The notes below the pieces were generated by a model that had not been told where the DNA came from, searched no databases, and saw nothing but the letters and a program-made list of their open reading frames with translations. A stretch of 63,084 nucleotides of DNA, filler included, from Octopus bimaculoides (Eukaryota): NCBI RefSeq assembly GCF_001194135.2. It is 4 parts of 4 records of this genome, joined end to end, with 100 filler letters (N's around TTAATTAATTAA, not from the genome) between each part and the next. Parts side by side here need not be neighbours in the genome. Positions count along the whole stretch, not along the records: positions 1 to 25,624 come from NC_068982.1; 3 more parts are not named here. One strand, 5' to 3'. Positions 1 through 14,058 of the stretch are shown one piece after another; position 1 is the stretch's first letter, and every line of letters starts with the position of its first letter. The translations under genes were made by a program, and so were the position numbers.

Positions 1-182
1 TAAAGCAAACACATAATTTTCTTATGGTTTCTTAAACATTCACTTGAACAAAACTGTACAAATCCAAATATATGGTACCCGAGGCATAACACCTACATGA
101 ACTTCTAACTTGTTGTCTCTTGAGGTCTCTGGGTGAGACTTGGATCCAACTTGTACAAATGCAAAACAAAAGTCAAACATAA
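1..182 (+). mobile_element. Probable 3' UTR end of a non-LTR retrotransposon running into a (TAA)n tail
   Basis: Unique sequence ends ...GTCAAACATAAA directly in an (AAT)n array, the same layout as the R4/Dong-like 3' ends elsewhere in the window. No coding motif is visible. Confidence 0.35.
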
Positions 183-345
<163 letters not shown>

Positions 346-540
346 ATCCTAAATATATGAACAGATGGATACAGGAAATAGGCATAAAATGCAGTTTAGT
401 GCAGTTCCAGAAGACATTATTATTATTATTAGGGACAGCTCGAATACTTACGAAGGTTCTTGACATATAAGGTTATTTGTTGTAGCCCTATGTTAGGATT
501 TTTGTTTTCCAACACTCTAATCTGTTGTGCGTATTTGAAA
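346..540 (+). mobile_element. 5'-truncated 3' end of an R4/Dong-like non-LTR retrotransposon
   Basis: Translates as PKYMNRWIQEIGIKCSLVQFQKTLLLLLGTARILTKVLDI* (stop 468-470), the C-terminal QKxxLLGTARILRxVL motif of RLE-type elements. A short UTR and decayed (ATG)n follow. Confidence 0.75.
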
Positions 541-1303
541 TGATGATAATGATAACGATGATGTTAAATTAACGAGAGCCGAATGATCGAGCTAGAAACT
601 GTGTGTCAGCTTCTTCTGGCACATCCAAGGCTTGTAGAGCACTAGCTGTAGAAGAATAATCGATAATCAATCAACAAAGTTTATTATTCTATGTATCCAA
701 TACACTTGGTCTGCTATGGAAATTAGACAGAATTTCTGGTAAGATAACAGCAAGTACACAACTCCAGTATATAGCATCGAATGATGCATGTTATGCCATG
801 AATAAGTCTGTAAATAAAACAAAGGATATACCTAATTATGTACTCCATGTCTTTCAAAATAAGCGCCTATCGCAAATAATGTAACTGTAAGGTTTTCTAT
901 AATTATTTAGTATTCTTTCCCATCAGGTACTTTTCACCTAATTGGTTTGAGAATCTTTGCCGTAATTCATTCGCCAAGATGGACCAGAGAAAAATTTATA
1001 CGTTTCAGCATTGGAAAGCAGAGTGGAAATAGGAATTGGTCAAATAACAAAGTGTGTGCCACTGCTGCAAATAACTTCAGCGTGGACAAAGAATTCCTAA
1101 CTGACAGGTGGAAAGTACCGGAAGAGAGAGAACACTGGAAAATTATGTAAACACTTAAAGGTTTGTAATACGCATTTGCTTCCCCATTTGAAGCACGTAG
1201 AGTACATAACAATCTACTCTATTCCTTTCTTTCACAGACGATATCTTTTATCTCTTACTTACTTACGGCCTTGCTGCTGCGCTGCTTTAAAAATTTACTC
1301 ATG

Positions 1304-1430
1304 GGCACAGGCGTCGCACATGTTTCTGGGTTCAGTTTCATTGAGTAGTACCTTGGGCGAGTGTCTTCTACTATAGCCTTGGAGTGACCAATGCCTTGCG
1401 AGTGGATTTGGTAGAAACAAACTGAAAGAA
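1304..1430 (+). mobile_element. tRNA-derived SINE family A, partial and diverged
   Basis: CCTTGGGCGAGTGTCTTCTACTATAGCC...GTGGATTTGGTAGA...AACTGAAAGAA matches the full copy at 49615-50068. Confidence 0.8.
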
Positions 1431-2573
1431 TCACAGCTCTTCGACAAATGGAGATCGTTAAATAAGTACCAGATTGAAGTAAGTATTAGTATATATGGTC
1501 ATTATTCAATGTATGAAAGCAATAATAAACTGCAAGAATACATGTGTGTGTGTGTGTTTATATACATACATATATATATATATATATATGCGTATGTGTG
1601 TATGTGTGCGTACGTGTACATACACATATACAAATAGACAGAGAGGGAAAGAGAGACGGTGAGTAAGTTTTACTTAACACGAGGAAAAGAAGAAAATACA
1701 TAGGTGTTTTCAATTCCTGCTGCAAAGGCATTAGCGATGTAAATGAATTGAATGGCTTTAAGTTACTATCTTGAGATATGCTTCTTTACAAACCACCAGA
1801 AACATGTTTACTTCCAAAATGTAATATATACATATATACACACGCACGCGCACACACGTACACACACATTCATACATACATATATACATATATACACACA
1901 TATGCACATACAAAGCTCTAGTTATACATACATTCACATATACCCGAATGCACAAAGTGCATGCATTAGCACTAATAGCTCAGATTTTCCAATATAAACT
2001 ATTAATCGGCATAGCAATGTATATTTACGAGTAAAAAGTAAGAAGTAAAAGAAAGAAAAAACGTTGTAATGTTATTCACTTTACATTCTGTTCGACGGGA
2101 AAATTTTTGGACATCGATATTTGCATACTGAAAGTGAAAGTATAAATCGTTCCCCCGCTTGGCGTACATTTACCCGATCCTAGTTATATCTCAAGCCTAT
2201 CACGCCACCACTGTAGGAAACTGAACGTTGGATACCTTAAGTGGAGTTCACTCTGTTGCAAGTGTTCGTGTCTTAACTTCACCTCTTCCTGTTCCCACGT
2301 TGCCCAATTTTTTAATGCATAGATTAACCTGCAAATGTTGAGGATCGATATTGGTTGCATCAGTCTCACAATTCTGGAAGAGGCTGAAACGGTTATGGTT
2401 TCTGCTCCCTTTCTCCTAAGCATTAATAAAAAAAAAAGATTGATACATTTAGCTTCAGTCGCCGTACTTTTGCGTAAAGTGAACAACGCAAACACACAGA
2501 GAGACCTACAAAATATATAAACACATGTAAATGTAAACTTACATACACACAGGTACAAACATATTTGTGTACG

Positions 2574-2604
<31 letters not shown>

Positions 2605-4686
2605 GGTGGGGGGCATTTATAACTTTCTCACTCTCTCTCTATATATATATACCCACACGCACGCATACATACAAACATGCGTTTATTTGTGTGTGTCTGT
2701 ATGTGCGTGTATGTGTGTGCAACAAAACAAATATAGACAGATGTTGAATCAATGGATAAATGGTGGGAAGAAGGGATAGAAAACAGGTGGATGGCATCGC
2801 GATGCTCTCAGTTTCCGCTTTAGACAGACAGAAAACAAAACAGATTAAGGGAATTAATGTGGCGTACCGATTCCTCGTATACGAAAAGAGGATAAACGTT
2901 AGAGATAAAAATGGAAATTCCATTGATGTTATGTTGCACGAAACAGCGTGTGGAGATTAATAAGACCAGATCAAAAGGTTGTTATAGAGGTAAGCTGTTC
3001 AGCTAGTTAGAGGTCGTTTTGATTTCGAAATCTGTTGGACTGTTCGGAGGAATTTAATTAATCCAACTGTTAATTTTGGACTATCGTACGTATATGCATA
3101 CATTGTTCTATCTTAAACACATAATTTTTGTTTCATAGAACTCTTGGACATCTTGCGTCGAGGAGAATTAAATTAGAGTTAAGCATCGAAATTTGCTGTA
3201 AAGGAAACGATTTCATACTCACTGATAATATATTGTAAATATATTATTGTAAATATTACATAACTTCCTTAACTAATGATTGGGTATTTAACACACATGA
3301 AACTTTGAGACATTAGTATATGGAGAAATCATGTACACATGTATGTATATACAACTGCCGTTCAAATATGCGTGTATATATATAATGTATGTATGTGTGT
3401 ATGTATCAATATAGATTTAAATACATACATATGTAGGTACATGTGTATATATATAAATACGTGAATATATATATATACATATACATATACATATACATAT
3501 ATATATATANNNNNNNNNNNNNNNNNNNNNNNNNNNNNNNNNNNNNNNNNNNNNNNNNNNNNNNNNNNNNNNNNNNNNNNNNNNNNNNNNNNNNNNNNNN
3601 NNNNNNNNNNNNNNNNNNNNNNNNNNNNNNNNNNNNNNNNNNNNNNNNNNNNNNNNNNNNNNNNNNNNNNNNNNNNNNNNNNNNNNNNNNNNNNNNNNNN
3701 NNNNNNNNNNNNNNNNNNNNNNNNNNNNNNNNNNNNNNNNNNNNNNNNNNNNNNNNNNNNNNNNNNNNNNNNNNNNNNNNNNNNNNNNNNNNNNNNNNNN
3801 NNNNNNNNNNNNNNNNNNNNNNNNNNNNNNNNNNNNNNNNNNNNNNNNNNNNNNNNNNNNNNNNNNNNNNNNNNNNNNNNNNNNNNNNNNNNNNNNNNNN
3901 NNNNNNNNNNNNNNNNNNNNNNNNNNNNNNNNNNNNNNNNNNNNNNNNNNNNNNNNNNNNNNNNNNNNNNNNNNNNNNNNNNNTATATATATATATATGT
4001 AAACATATTAATATGTATATATGCATATGCATATATACACATGCGCATATTTGTATGCATATATACACATACACGCACATTATATATTGGAACACAAATA
4101 TAATGCGTATACCTATATTTAGATGCATACAGTAGCAGAAATTAGTATATTCCTACGTTAGGTACTAATTGTTATTTTCATTATTATTTGTTATATGTAA
4201 ATTTCTTACAACTTAAATATCGTAGATATCTTATTACAGCTACATTCGTATACGAATAACTAAATCTGCAGTAGGTATGGTGTAATAAATAGATCTGGCA
4301 GCGTTAACATTTACATGGTTCCAAAAAAAATATTACACCTCTTAAAAATCCACGTTAAATTATCGCTATTGCTCTCTTAACTGCATTTAAATCTCTCCAA
4401 CACATATTAAACTACTCGTCAAGCATTTGCATACTATTAGTGCACGCTCTTGTGAACTGGACTCCTGGAATATACGTGTTACGAAAAGTAAAAGTTTGCC
4501 GAATTAAAACAACTACCCTTCCCTTGTATCATTCATTTCAAGAAAAAATATTTATTAGCAACCGAGGAAGTATTAATATCGAGAGATAATATTTATCCCC
4601 ACTTAAACGTGGGTGTTCTATTAGATCAAGCTATACTTCGGTATTTACTATTAGAGAAGCTCTCCTACTGGCCTTTCTAGCAAAAT

Positions 4687-4855
4687 GTACTGCTGCTTAT
4701 ATCGCTAGCGGGGAGATAAATCCCCGTCAGTTCAAGCGGCGAAGCAGCCAGATCACATGATTTCGACCTTTCTTGGTTTTGTCAATGATGGACACTTGTC
4801 CACTAGAGGTAGCATCGATTTATCTTTCCGCTAGCGATATATAAAATGTCAGTAC
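4687..4855. mobile_element. Small MITE-like element with imperfect terminal inverted repeats
   Basis: TATATCGCTAGCGGGAGATAAATC (4698-4721) pairs with GATTTATCTTTCCGCTAGCGATATA (4817-4841); outer GTACTG/CAGTAC also pair. Confidence 0.5.
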
Positions 4856-4998
4856 CATAATAAGCGCTGGAATCGAGCTTCGACAGTGAGCTTGTTAAGA
4901 AATATATATTAGTGACAGACGCAACATTAATACCGACGTAAAAAGCAACTCCAGTTATCAAACAGTGTTGGAACGCAAACACACGCATATAAACATGT

Positions 4999-5071
<73 letters not shown>

Positions 5072-6563
5072 TATATATATATAATACCATTCCTTCTTAT
5101 AATTATTTATAACTAATTTTACGCATTTCGCTTGTTTAAATAGTGTTTGGTTGCTTCAAATGAACTTTTGCAGGCATGGTGGGGGAAAGTTTTAGTAGGT
5201 TGCTGGTAGACATTGGCTGAAGAGAAACAGGCACCTATTTGTCGCTAATTTCGAAACCGGTACCAAGTTGACCTGTATTACTCGTGCTGACCTGGCAGGA
5301 GTAAGACGTTTTTAACGTTCACTGGAATTGTTCCTTACCATCCCTGTAGTAGACTTGTGACGAGTCTGTGGCACAGAAGTACTTTTGACTTCAATTTTTA
5401 GCGATATAGGTGTTCATGTATTTCCCTCGTGTTTGTGTGTGTGGATGTGTGTGTGTGTGTGCGCGCGCGCGCGTGTGTGGGTGTGTATGTGCGTGTGTGT
5501 GAGAGAGAGAGAGTACATATCTTATAGTGTATGTATGTATTTTATTAGCTTGTCTGCACGGCTGATCATTTGCTTGCCACCCGTGATGATATTTTAATAA
5601 TGCCTCCCTTCTTATATTTATTTAAATATATATATATATATATATATATATGATAAATAATAAATAATATATAATATAATACATACATGCATATATGGGT
5701 ACAGGACGTCGACAATGGTGCAAATAGCATGAAATACGTAAACAAACCAGGGAAAAGTGAGTGAAATACGTAAACGAGAAAGAAGATGGAAAACGGGACA
5801 AGATAACACAGAAAAAGGACCCTTCATCAGTTGTTGGCTGTCTATCTACTCATNNNNNNNNNNNNNNNNNNNNNNNNNNNNNNNNNNNNNNNNNNNNNNN
5901 NNNNNNNNNNNNNNNNNNNNNNNNNNNNNNNNNNNNNNNNNNNNNNNNNNNNNNNNNNNNNNNNNNNNNNNNNNNNNNNNNNNNNNNNNNNNNNNNNNNN
6001 NNNNNNNNNNNNNNNNNNNNNNNNNNNNNNNNNNNNNNNNNNNNNNNNNNNNNNNNNNNNNNNNNNNNNNNNNNNNNNNNNNNNNNNNNNNNNNNNNNNN
6101 NNNNNNNNNNNNNNNNNNNNNNNNNNNNNNNNNNNNNNNNNNNNNNNNNNNNNNNNNNNNNNNNNNNNNNNNNNNNNNNNNNNNNNGCTTGCTTACCAAT
6201 GACATGGTTCTGGGTTCAGTCCCACTGCACTTTCTTTTTGAATAACCTTGTATATATGTATATGTTTGTGTATCTGTGTATATAGGTAAATGATAGGATT
6301 GCTTCAATATTTCAGGGGTAGTCTGAAGAATCCAAGCAACCAGGGGATGTTTAAATCCGGAGGCACTCCTGGGAATTACTTGTGTGGGTACCCTCTTCGT
6401 TAGAAGGTATCTAGAGGCAGGTAATTTATTGTTTAAACCGCAGTTTATAACTATAGTTATGTGGAGAATGGAGAAACAAACACAAGAAGAAGCAATTCAA
6501 CTGGGTTAGTTAGCCATTGATTTAATTCTCCACATAACTATATATATATATATATATATATAT

Positions 6564-6728
6564 ACGTCGGGCTTCTTTTCGGTTTCCGTCTATCAAATCC
6601 ACACGCAAACATTTGATCAGCCCTGGTCTACAGCAAAAGACTCTCTCGCTAAAAATGCCACACAGTGGGACTGAACGCAATACTACGTGATTGAAAAGCA
6701 AACTTTTTATCACACAGCCATAACTGCA
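6564..6728 (-). mobile_element. SINE family A, 5' half, diverged
   Basis: Reverse complement matches the head and body of 49615-49775 (CAGTGGGACTGAAC, CACACAGCCA). Confidence 0.75.
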
Positions 6729-7412
6729 GCAAAGGCTTTATTTGTAATATTGTAATATTTTTCTGAAAAATGGACTAAATATAATTTAATTATTATATGA
6801 AGCCTGATTCTATATGAAGATAATCAACTCCGGTAATAACTAAATAATTATCTACAATATTTTAATTGAATAACAAAATACTTACACTATATTTCATACT
6901 ATTTTCGACGGAAATAAATTACGTAATAGAGCTCGAATACTGAATATTTAATACATAGTTAAGGAAATCTCTATATTATGCATAGTTATGGAAATCTCCG
7001 TACAATTTTAGTTCAGATTCCAAGAGCTGCATTATATATGTATTTTGCAAATTTAAATATTCACACATTTACATAAAAACACATATGCTTACAAGAATAA
7101 ATGTATTTAAGGCATATATGTATACATGCGTGAATGTAACTTAACGTGGATAACTTATTAAGTCATCGAATACTGCGTTACTAGCCTTGAGAGAACCTTC
7201 TATAAAGGTGTTTCGAGCATAAAAGCATTTCTCATCTACTACGATCAATGTGAGTGCTTTTATGCACCTTAGCACCTATGTGAGAGGTTCTCTAGAGGTT
7301 AATAACGCGCAGTATTCGGTGTTCTAACCAGACGACCACGCTTAACTGGATATAAAGATTGCCTTTTTGTACTAATATTGTTTCCATCACTCTTAATAAG
7401 TGCATGTGTGTG

Positions 7413-7458
<46 letters not shown>

Positions 7459-7572
7459 NNNNNNNNNNNNNNNNNNNNNNNNNNNNNNNNNNNNNNNNNN
7501 NNNNNNNNNNNNNNNNNNNNNNNNNNNNNNNNNNNNNNNNNNNNNNNNNNNNNNNNNNNNNNNNNNNNNNNN

Positions 7573-7635
<63 letters not shown>

Positions 7636-8029
7636 ACATACAGAAACACACACACATATGTATGTATGCTGTATTTTGTGTGTACCTGTATAAGAGCACG
7701 AACAGGAAAATTAATTATAAACAATTTTAGTAGGGCTTATGCATTCGATGCAGATAATTCATTCTTGCTCATTACTCAGAGGTTTTCGGTCCGTGTGAGA
7801 CTCTTGGGAGGAAAGAAGACATCACCTGAACAGCATTCTATTATACCGCGATGCAAAGAAAATCTAAAGTATGTGGATTGTTGGAGCTAGTGAAATAAAA
7901 ACCTCATCTGGTTTACCTATAAGCATTAGCGATTAACGTAATTTATCCGGAAAATTCTTTGGCTTTATTCGAGATCTTTTTATGAAAATAACTGAAGCTG
8001 AACTGTTCACATCGCGATATTTACCCCCA

Positions 8030-8170
8030 CAAAAGCGCATGTGCAGAGGAATGATATAATATACAGATGTTAACAAAATGGCTTGCGTAAGCCTCACGGA
8101 AAATCGATTTAAACGAATATACATATATCATACTCACACCTTCAGGTACAGAAATAGAATCAACTTCGTT
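8030..8170 (+). mobile_element. Decayed Penelope-like GIY-YIG endonuclease fragment
   Basis: Frames give DIIYRC and ACVSLTENRFKRIYIYHTHTFRYRNRIN, resembling the xIYxC...YIGxTExxFKxRxxxHxxxF pattern of Penelope endonucleases. Confidence 0.4.
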
Positions 8171-8219
8171 CTTGATTCCGATGCGTCTAAAAGCTGAATA
8201 GCAATGGAAATGTCAACAT

Positions 8220-8930
8220 TACTCTAAACTGAATCATCGCTGAAACTGCAATCCACTATCTTGTTTTTATTTATGAGTACTCCTGCTCTCAACTTGTATG
8301 CTTTCGGTGTAACACTGACCCTTTTTTGGTATTCGATACCATCATGTTGATGTCCATGTATAGATATAACGAGCTCTTGTCTCCCAGTCGGTTTACCTCT
8401 CCCAGCTTATCTCCCTATACTGTGAGTTCAGTTCTCCACGTTGTCATTGAGTTTCGTATTATCGTCAGGATATTGTGGGAGACCTTAAGCAGTTTAAGGC
8501 ATTCAATAATCTATGATTGTGGGACCATGGCATATGCTTTCCTGTAGTTCGCCCATGCCATCGCCAAATTTGTGCGTCTTTTCTTGCAGTCAGCCAGGAT
8601 AGTCTTATCGGTCAATAATTGATCTTTATTTCCTCTACTCTTACGTCTACACCGCTTTTGTTCCACAGGAAGTAGGTCGTTCTCATCTAGATACTTATTG
8701 ATACTATAAGCTTCCACATCAGTAGCAAACAAGATATTGGTCTAAAATTTCCAACCGCAGTCTCTTTAATTGGATCCTTCTGGCATAGTACGTCACTACT
8801 CAGTATTTCGTCCACCTGTCTCTCAATTCTCCTGTGTCAAGATTTTTAAGCCAAAAGCCCTAAACCCAGTCTGGGCCAGGCGCTTTCCAGTTAGGAATTC
8901 TCCTGCACTGTTCTCTAATCATCTTCTCGG
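8220..8930 (-). mobile_element. R4/Dong-like RT fragment, internally deleted, with frameshifts
   Basis: [63 protein letters not shown] and a YLYMD remnant are RT motifs of RLE-type non-LTR elements. Confidence 0.85.

Positions 8931-9354
<424 letters not shown>

Positions 9355-9432
<78 letters not shown>
9355..9432. repeat. (TTA)n microsatellite
   Basis: Directly visible. Confidence 0.97.
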
Positions 9433-11236
9433 TAGAGGAGACCAGTACCGACGCAAGCTCAAGTTTGAAACCGAAAAAATAGATTCGGTTCTTGGGCTAT
9501 TTCAGACGAGAAGTATACCTGAAACTAGCAAGATTATTTGGGCGGCCGATATGGTTGCTGCAGATAGAGATGAATACAAAAGAAAAGAACAAACAGAAGG
9601 TAAAGAACCATACTGGCGTAGACGAATTTGTGAGAAACAAAGAACGTTAAAAAGACATTTAGGACAAGTTGATAGATTGAGAAGAAGGGAATTGCAGAAC
9701 GAAAGCATAAGAATTATGCTGGAAAGAACATATAGAATAAGAGATAAAGGTTATGATGTGATATTGGAAGAATTGAAACAAAGAGTAGTAGCAAACAAAG
9801 CCAAACTGGAAAGAAATGAGAATAGAAAAAGACAGTTCAGGCAAAGCAGATTGTTTGAAGTTAATCAGAAGAAACTGTTTCAGGAACTAGATGCGCAAAT
9901 ACACGTAACAATGATACCAGATACAGAAGAAAACAAGGCATTCTGGAGAGGGATCTGAGAAGAACTTGTAGAGCATAATGATTAAGCGGAGTGGCAGCAT
10001 GAAATCCAAGTTAGGTTAAAAAATATAGAAGTCCAAGAAGACATAAAGATAACTACAAAAATGATAAAAAAAAGTAGATAAGAAAATTCCCAAATTGGAA
10101 GAGCCCAGGACCAGATGGGGTCCAAGTGTACAGGATGAAGAAGCTGAGAGGGATCCACGAAAGGATAGCACAACAGCTAGATGAGTGCTGGCAGAAAGGC
10201 GTAATACGGAGCTGGATGACAAAGGGAAAGACATTGTTATGTGCTAAGGAGCCTGAAAAGGGAAATGTTGCATCCAACTTTAGACAACATGCATTCTGCT
10301 AATATAGAAATTAATGTTTGGTTCTTTGCCCGGTGAATTGTGCAGATAGTTGAAAAAAATTGGACTGCTACCCATTGAAGAGAAAAGGGTGTTGAAAAAG
10401 GAGCCGGGGAACGAAGGGTCAGCTCTTAATTGATGATCTAATTATCAGGAACTGCAAGAGAAGGCATGCAAACCTCAGCATGGTATGGATTGACTATCGC
10501 AAAGCATACGATATGCTACCACACTACCTGATAATAAGAACAATGGGAATGTATGGAGTAGCAGAGAATACGAGAAGTCTTATATTGAATAATATGAAAT
10601 GCTGGAGAACGGAATTGATAGCAGCGAAGTAAATACTAGAAGAGGTGAAAATCAAGAGAAGTTATGTGAAATGTACGACCTGGACAGAGCACGGAAATGG
10701 TACGAACATGAACCAGAAGGAGTCATCGAGAACAAGGATACCGGTGGGATTTAACAATCCAATCTGACTCCCTAATCTATGCTCGGAGACCAGATATTGT
10801 TGTGGTAGATAAAGGATAAAAAGAAATTAAGATTATAGATATTGCAATACCCGAGGATGCCTGAATATATGACAACGAACTTCAAATGATTGCGAAGTAC
10901 AAGACAACTAAAAGAGGAAATTGAAAGAATGTAAACTATGAAGAGAGTGTCTGTCATTCCAGTAATTGTAGGAGCACTCGGAGCACTAACAATCAAGTTC
11001 TAGAAATATATTAGAGACATAAGAATTGATTCGAAAGCATAGCAAGCCCCCAAACCTACTCTACTGGAGAGAGCTAGGATTTGGGGATTGGTACTTGGAT
11101 GCAGAATGTCTCCCACGATAATTAACAACCATGTACCAAAGCTTAAATGTGCGGAAAGAGACTATGTGAGGCACCTGACAGCAGGTTGCTGTCCGCTCTC
11201 ACATAATCTACCAGAGCAAACAAGACCGGGCGCCCC
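9433..11236 (+). mobile_element. R4/Dong-like non-LTR retrotransposon, 5'-truncated, RT core deleted
   Basis: [75 protein letters not shown]. Near 10660 it jumps from EVKIKR to LCEMYDLDRARKWYEHEPEGVIENK, then RRPDIVVVDK..KIIDIAIPED (RLE) and VIPVIVGALG. A (GAT)n(AAT)n tail follows. Confidence 0.9.
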
Positions 11237-11578
<342 letters not shown>

Positions 11579-12919
11579 TTGATGGTAGTGTGCGGAAAAA
11601 ATACTGAAGAAAATATGAAGTGAAATTAACAAAGCAAGAGACTTAATGCAATTTATCTAAAGCTCTAAGTATCTCATGAAGTTTATATCGATTTATAGTA
11701 TATCGATGCAGAGAAACCAATGTATTTACACATGTGACTCACTGGTTGATTAATACTCGGTTTCGTTTCAGAGTTTTCAATGAAATCTGAGTAACTTTTC
11801 AATTTTCTAAAGCAATCATATCATTATATTCAAGGAAGTGTGTACAGCATAGGATTTTATTTTCAATTCATTCTGCATCATAGAAACGAAAAACAAACGT
11901 GTGAAGACGCCCCCAAATACTTACAGTAATTAAACAAAGGATTTATATAATAATCGGTTTGCGAATATATTATATAAGCTTGAAATTATTCGTATTTTAG
12001 ATACCGTCCGTGAAAAGACGATATCAGAAATGAGAATTATTTCAGCTTTATACACATATGATGTATTAACCAACTGCTTATTAGTCGAATCTTGTGTTTA
12101 ATTACTGGAAATCAACCAAAAATTAATTGTTCCATTGTTTATTAATCTTTGTCCAAAGTGTGTAATCTAATGGTATTTCTAGCATCAAATTTTATTCATT
12201 TTTCATTTCGTATTGTTCAAAATCGGCTCCTTAATCAATAGGAATAGCTTAAAGTACTAACAGAATAGCGTTTTGTTTTTATTAATTGGAAAATTTACAT
12301 AATTGTAACGTGTTCGTGTGAATTCCGGTAGTTAGATTTGTTTAGTTCTGCCTGATAAAGCTATCTGGTCGTAAAAATGTGACTGGTGGTGGTGGGCTAG
12401 AAGGGCAATCTGATATTTTTCGTCTGATTATATTTACCGTTCTCATAAAACGATAATTGTTCTGCTGCCATTTTAATTTACTGGATATCATTAAACACAC
12501 AACGGTTGCTGTCAATTAACCTTTTTCGAACATTTCTAGGAATCTTTCTTCTTCCCTCGTTCCCTGCCCATCCTCTATCTATTGGAAGAATTGAAAGAAT
12601 GAAAGAATTGATTTGGTTTTACCATTCGATAACTGGTCAAGGAAAACAAATATAATTGCTCATATATATATGTATATATATATATATATATNNNNNNNNN
12701 NNNNNNNNNNNNNNNNNNNNNNNNNNNNNNNNNNNNNNNNNNNNNNNNNNNNNNNNNNNNNNNNNNNNNNNNNNNNNNNNNNNNNNNNNNNNNNNNNNNN
12801 NNNNNNNNNNNNNNNNNNNNNNNNNNNNNNNNNNNNNNNNNNNNNNNNNNNNNNNNNNNNNNNNNNNNNNNNNNNNNNNNNNNNNNNNNNNNNTATATAT
12901 ATATACATTCATACATATA

Positions 12920-12950
<31 letters not shown>

Positions 12951-13893
12951 CATATGCACATATGCACATACACGAACAGACAGACAGGCACATATATGTA
13001 AAGTTACTTTAGAAGAAGTAAATTACACACAAAACAACGAAAATACACACACAGACACGCGCATACACCTACATACACATGCATTAACTACATAAATATA
13101 GGGAAGGCGTTTCGATAGTCGATTGAATGAAATAATACATTGACAGACGAAGTTTCAGTTACTGTATCGATTGGTTTGACTATAATGTCTTGGAAGCTGC
13201 GGTATTTCACGAAATGTGAGTGTGCTTAAGAAACAACCGCATTTTTTCTATACTGTCAATTCAGTCACACAAAATTTAACGATTTCCTGGGCAAAGGGTA
13301 AAGAAATAAAAACTAAAATCGCAGAAACTATGAAGATAATGCAATTGAAAACCCTATAATGTTACAGCCAAGCTATCGATGACTCAGCCAAAGCTAATTA
13401 AGATAGACTCGAATCCTATATTGGAAAATACTTCGTTCTTGGTTCCGTTCACTATCTTTCTACCGATTTTTTTTTCTGTAGTGTTTCTAGCAGTAAGTCT
13501 GCTGTAAGGATATAGTTACCCGTGTTATTTAACTAACTATGATATATATTTTATGTATTGCAACGGTGATCTACTTATCAGTTTTCTGTCTGTCAGAATA
13601 GAGAAGTAGTAAACAACCTCTGAAGAGTTTTCAAGCTTAGGCTGAAAACCAACTAAAATAATGATGGAGCATAAATATAAATATAGCGTTATCACATAAC
13701 ATAATGTGAAAGGCAATGATGCAATCGATGGTTCGCCGCTGTATGATGTTATAGACGCCTAGTAAAAAGTTGCACGTCTAAATCCGGTTAGTGATGGTGT
13801 CTCAATATATATATATTTCTTCTTCTTACCCCCACACCCTCTCTTTATTCCTCTCACTGCTTCTTACCACATTAAGCATGCAAAAAATATCCA

Positions 13894-13967
<74 letters not shown>

Positions 13968-13988
13968 ACGAGAGCAAGGGAGGGTGTG

Positions 13989-14058
<70 letters not shown>

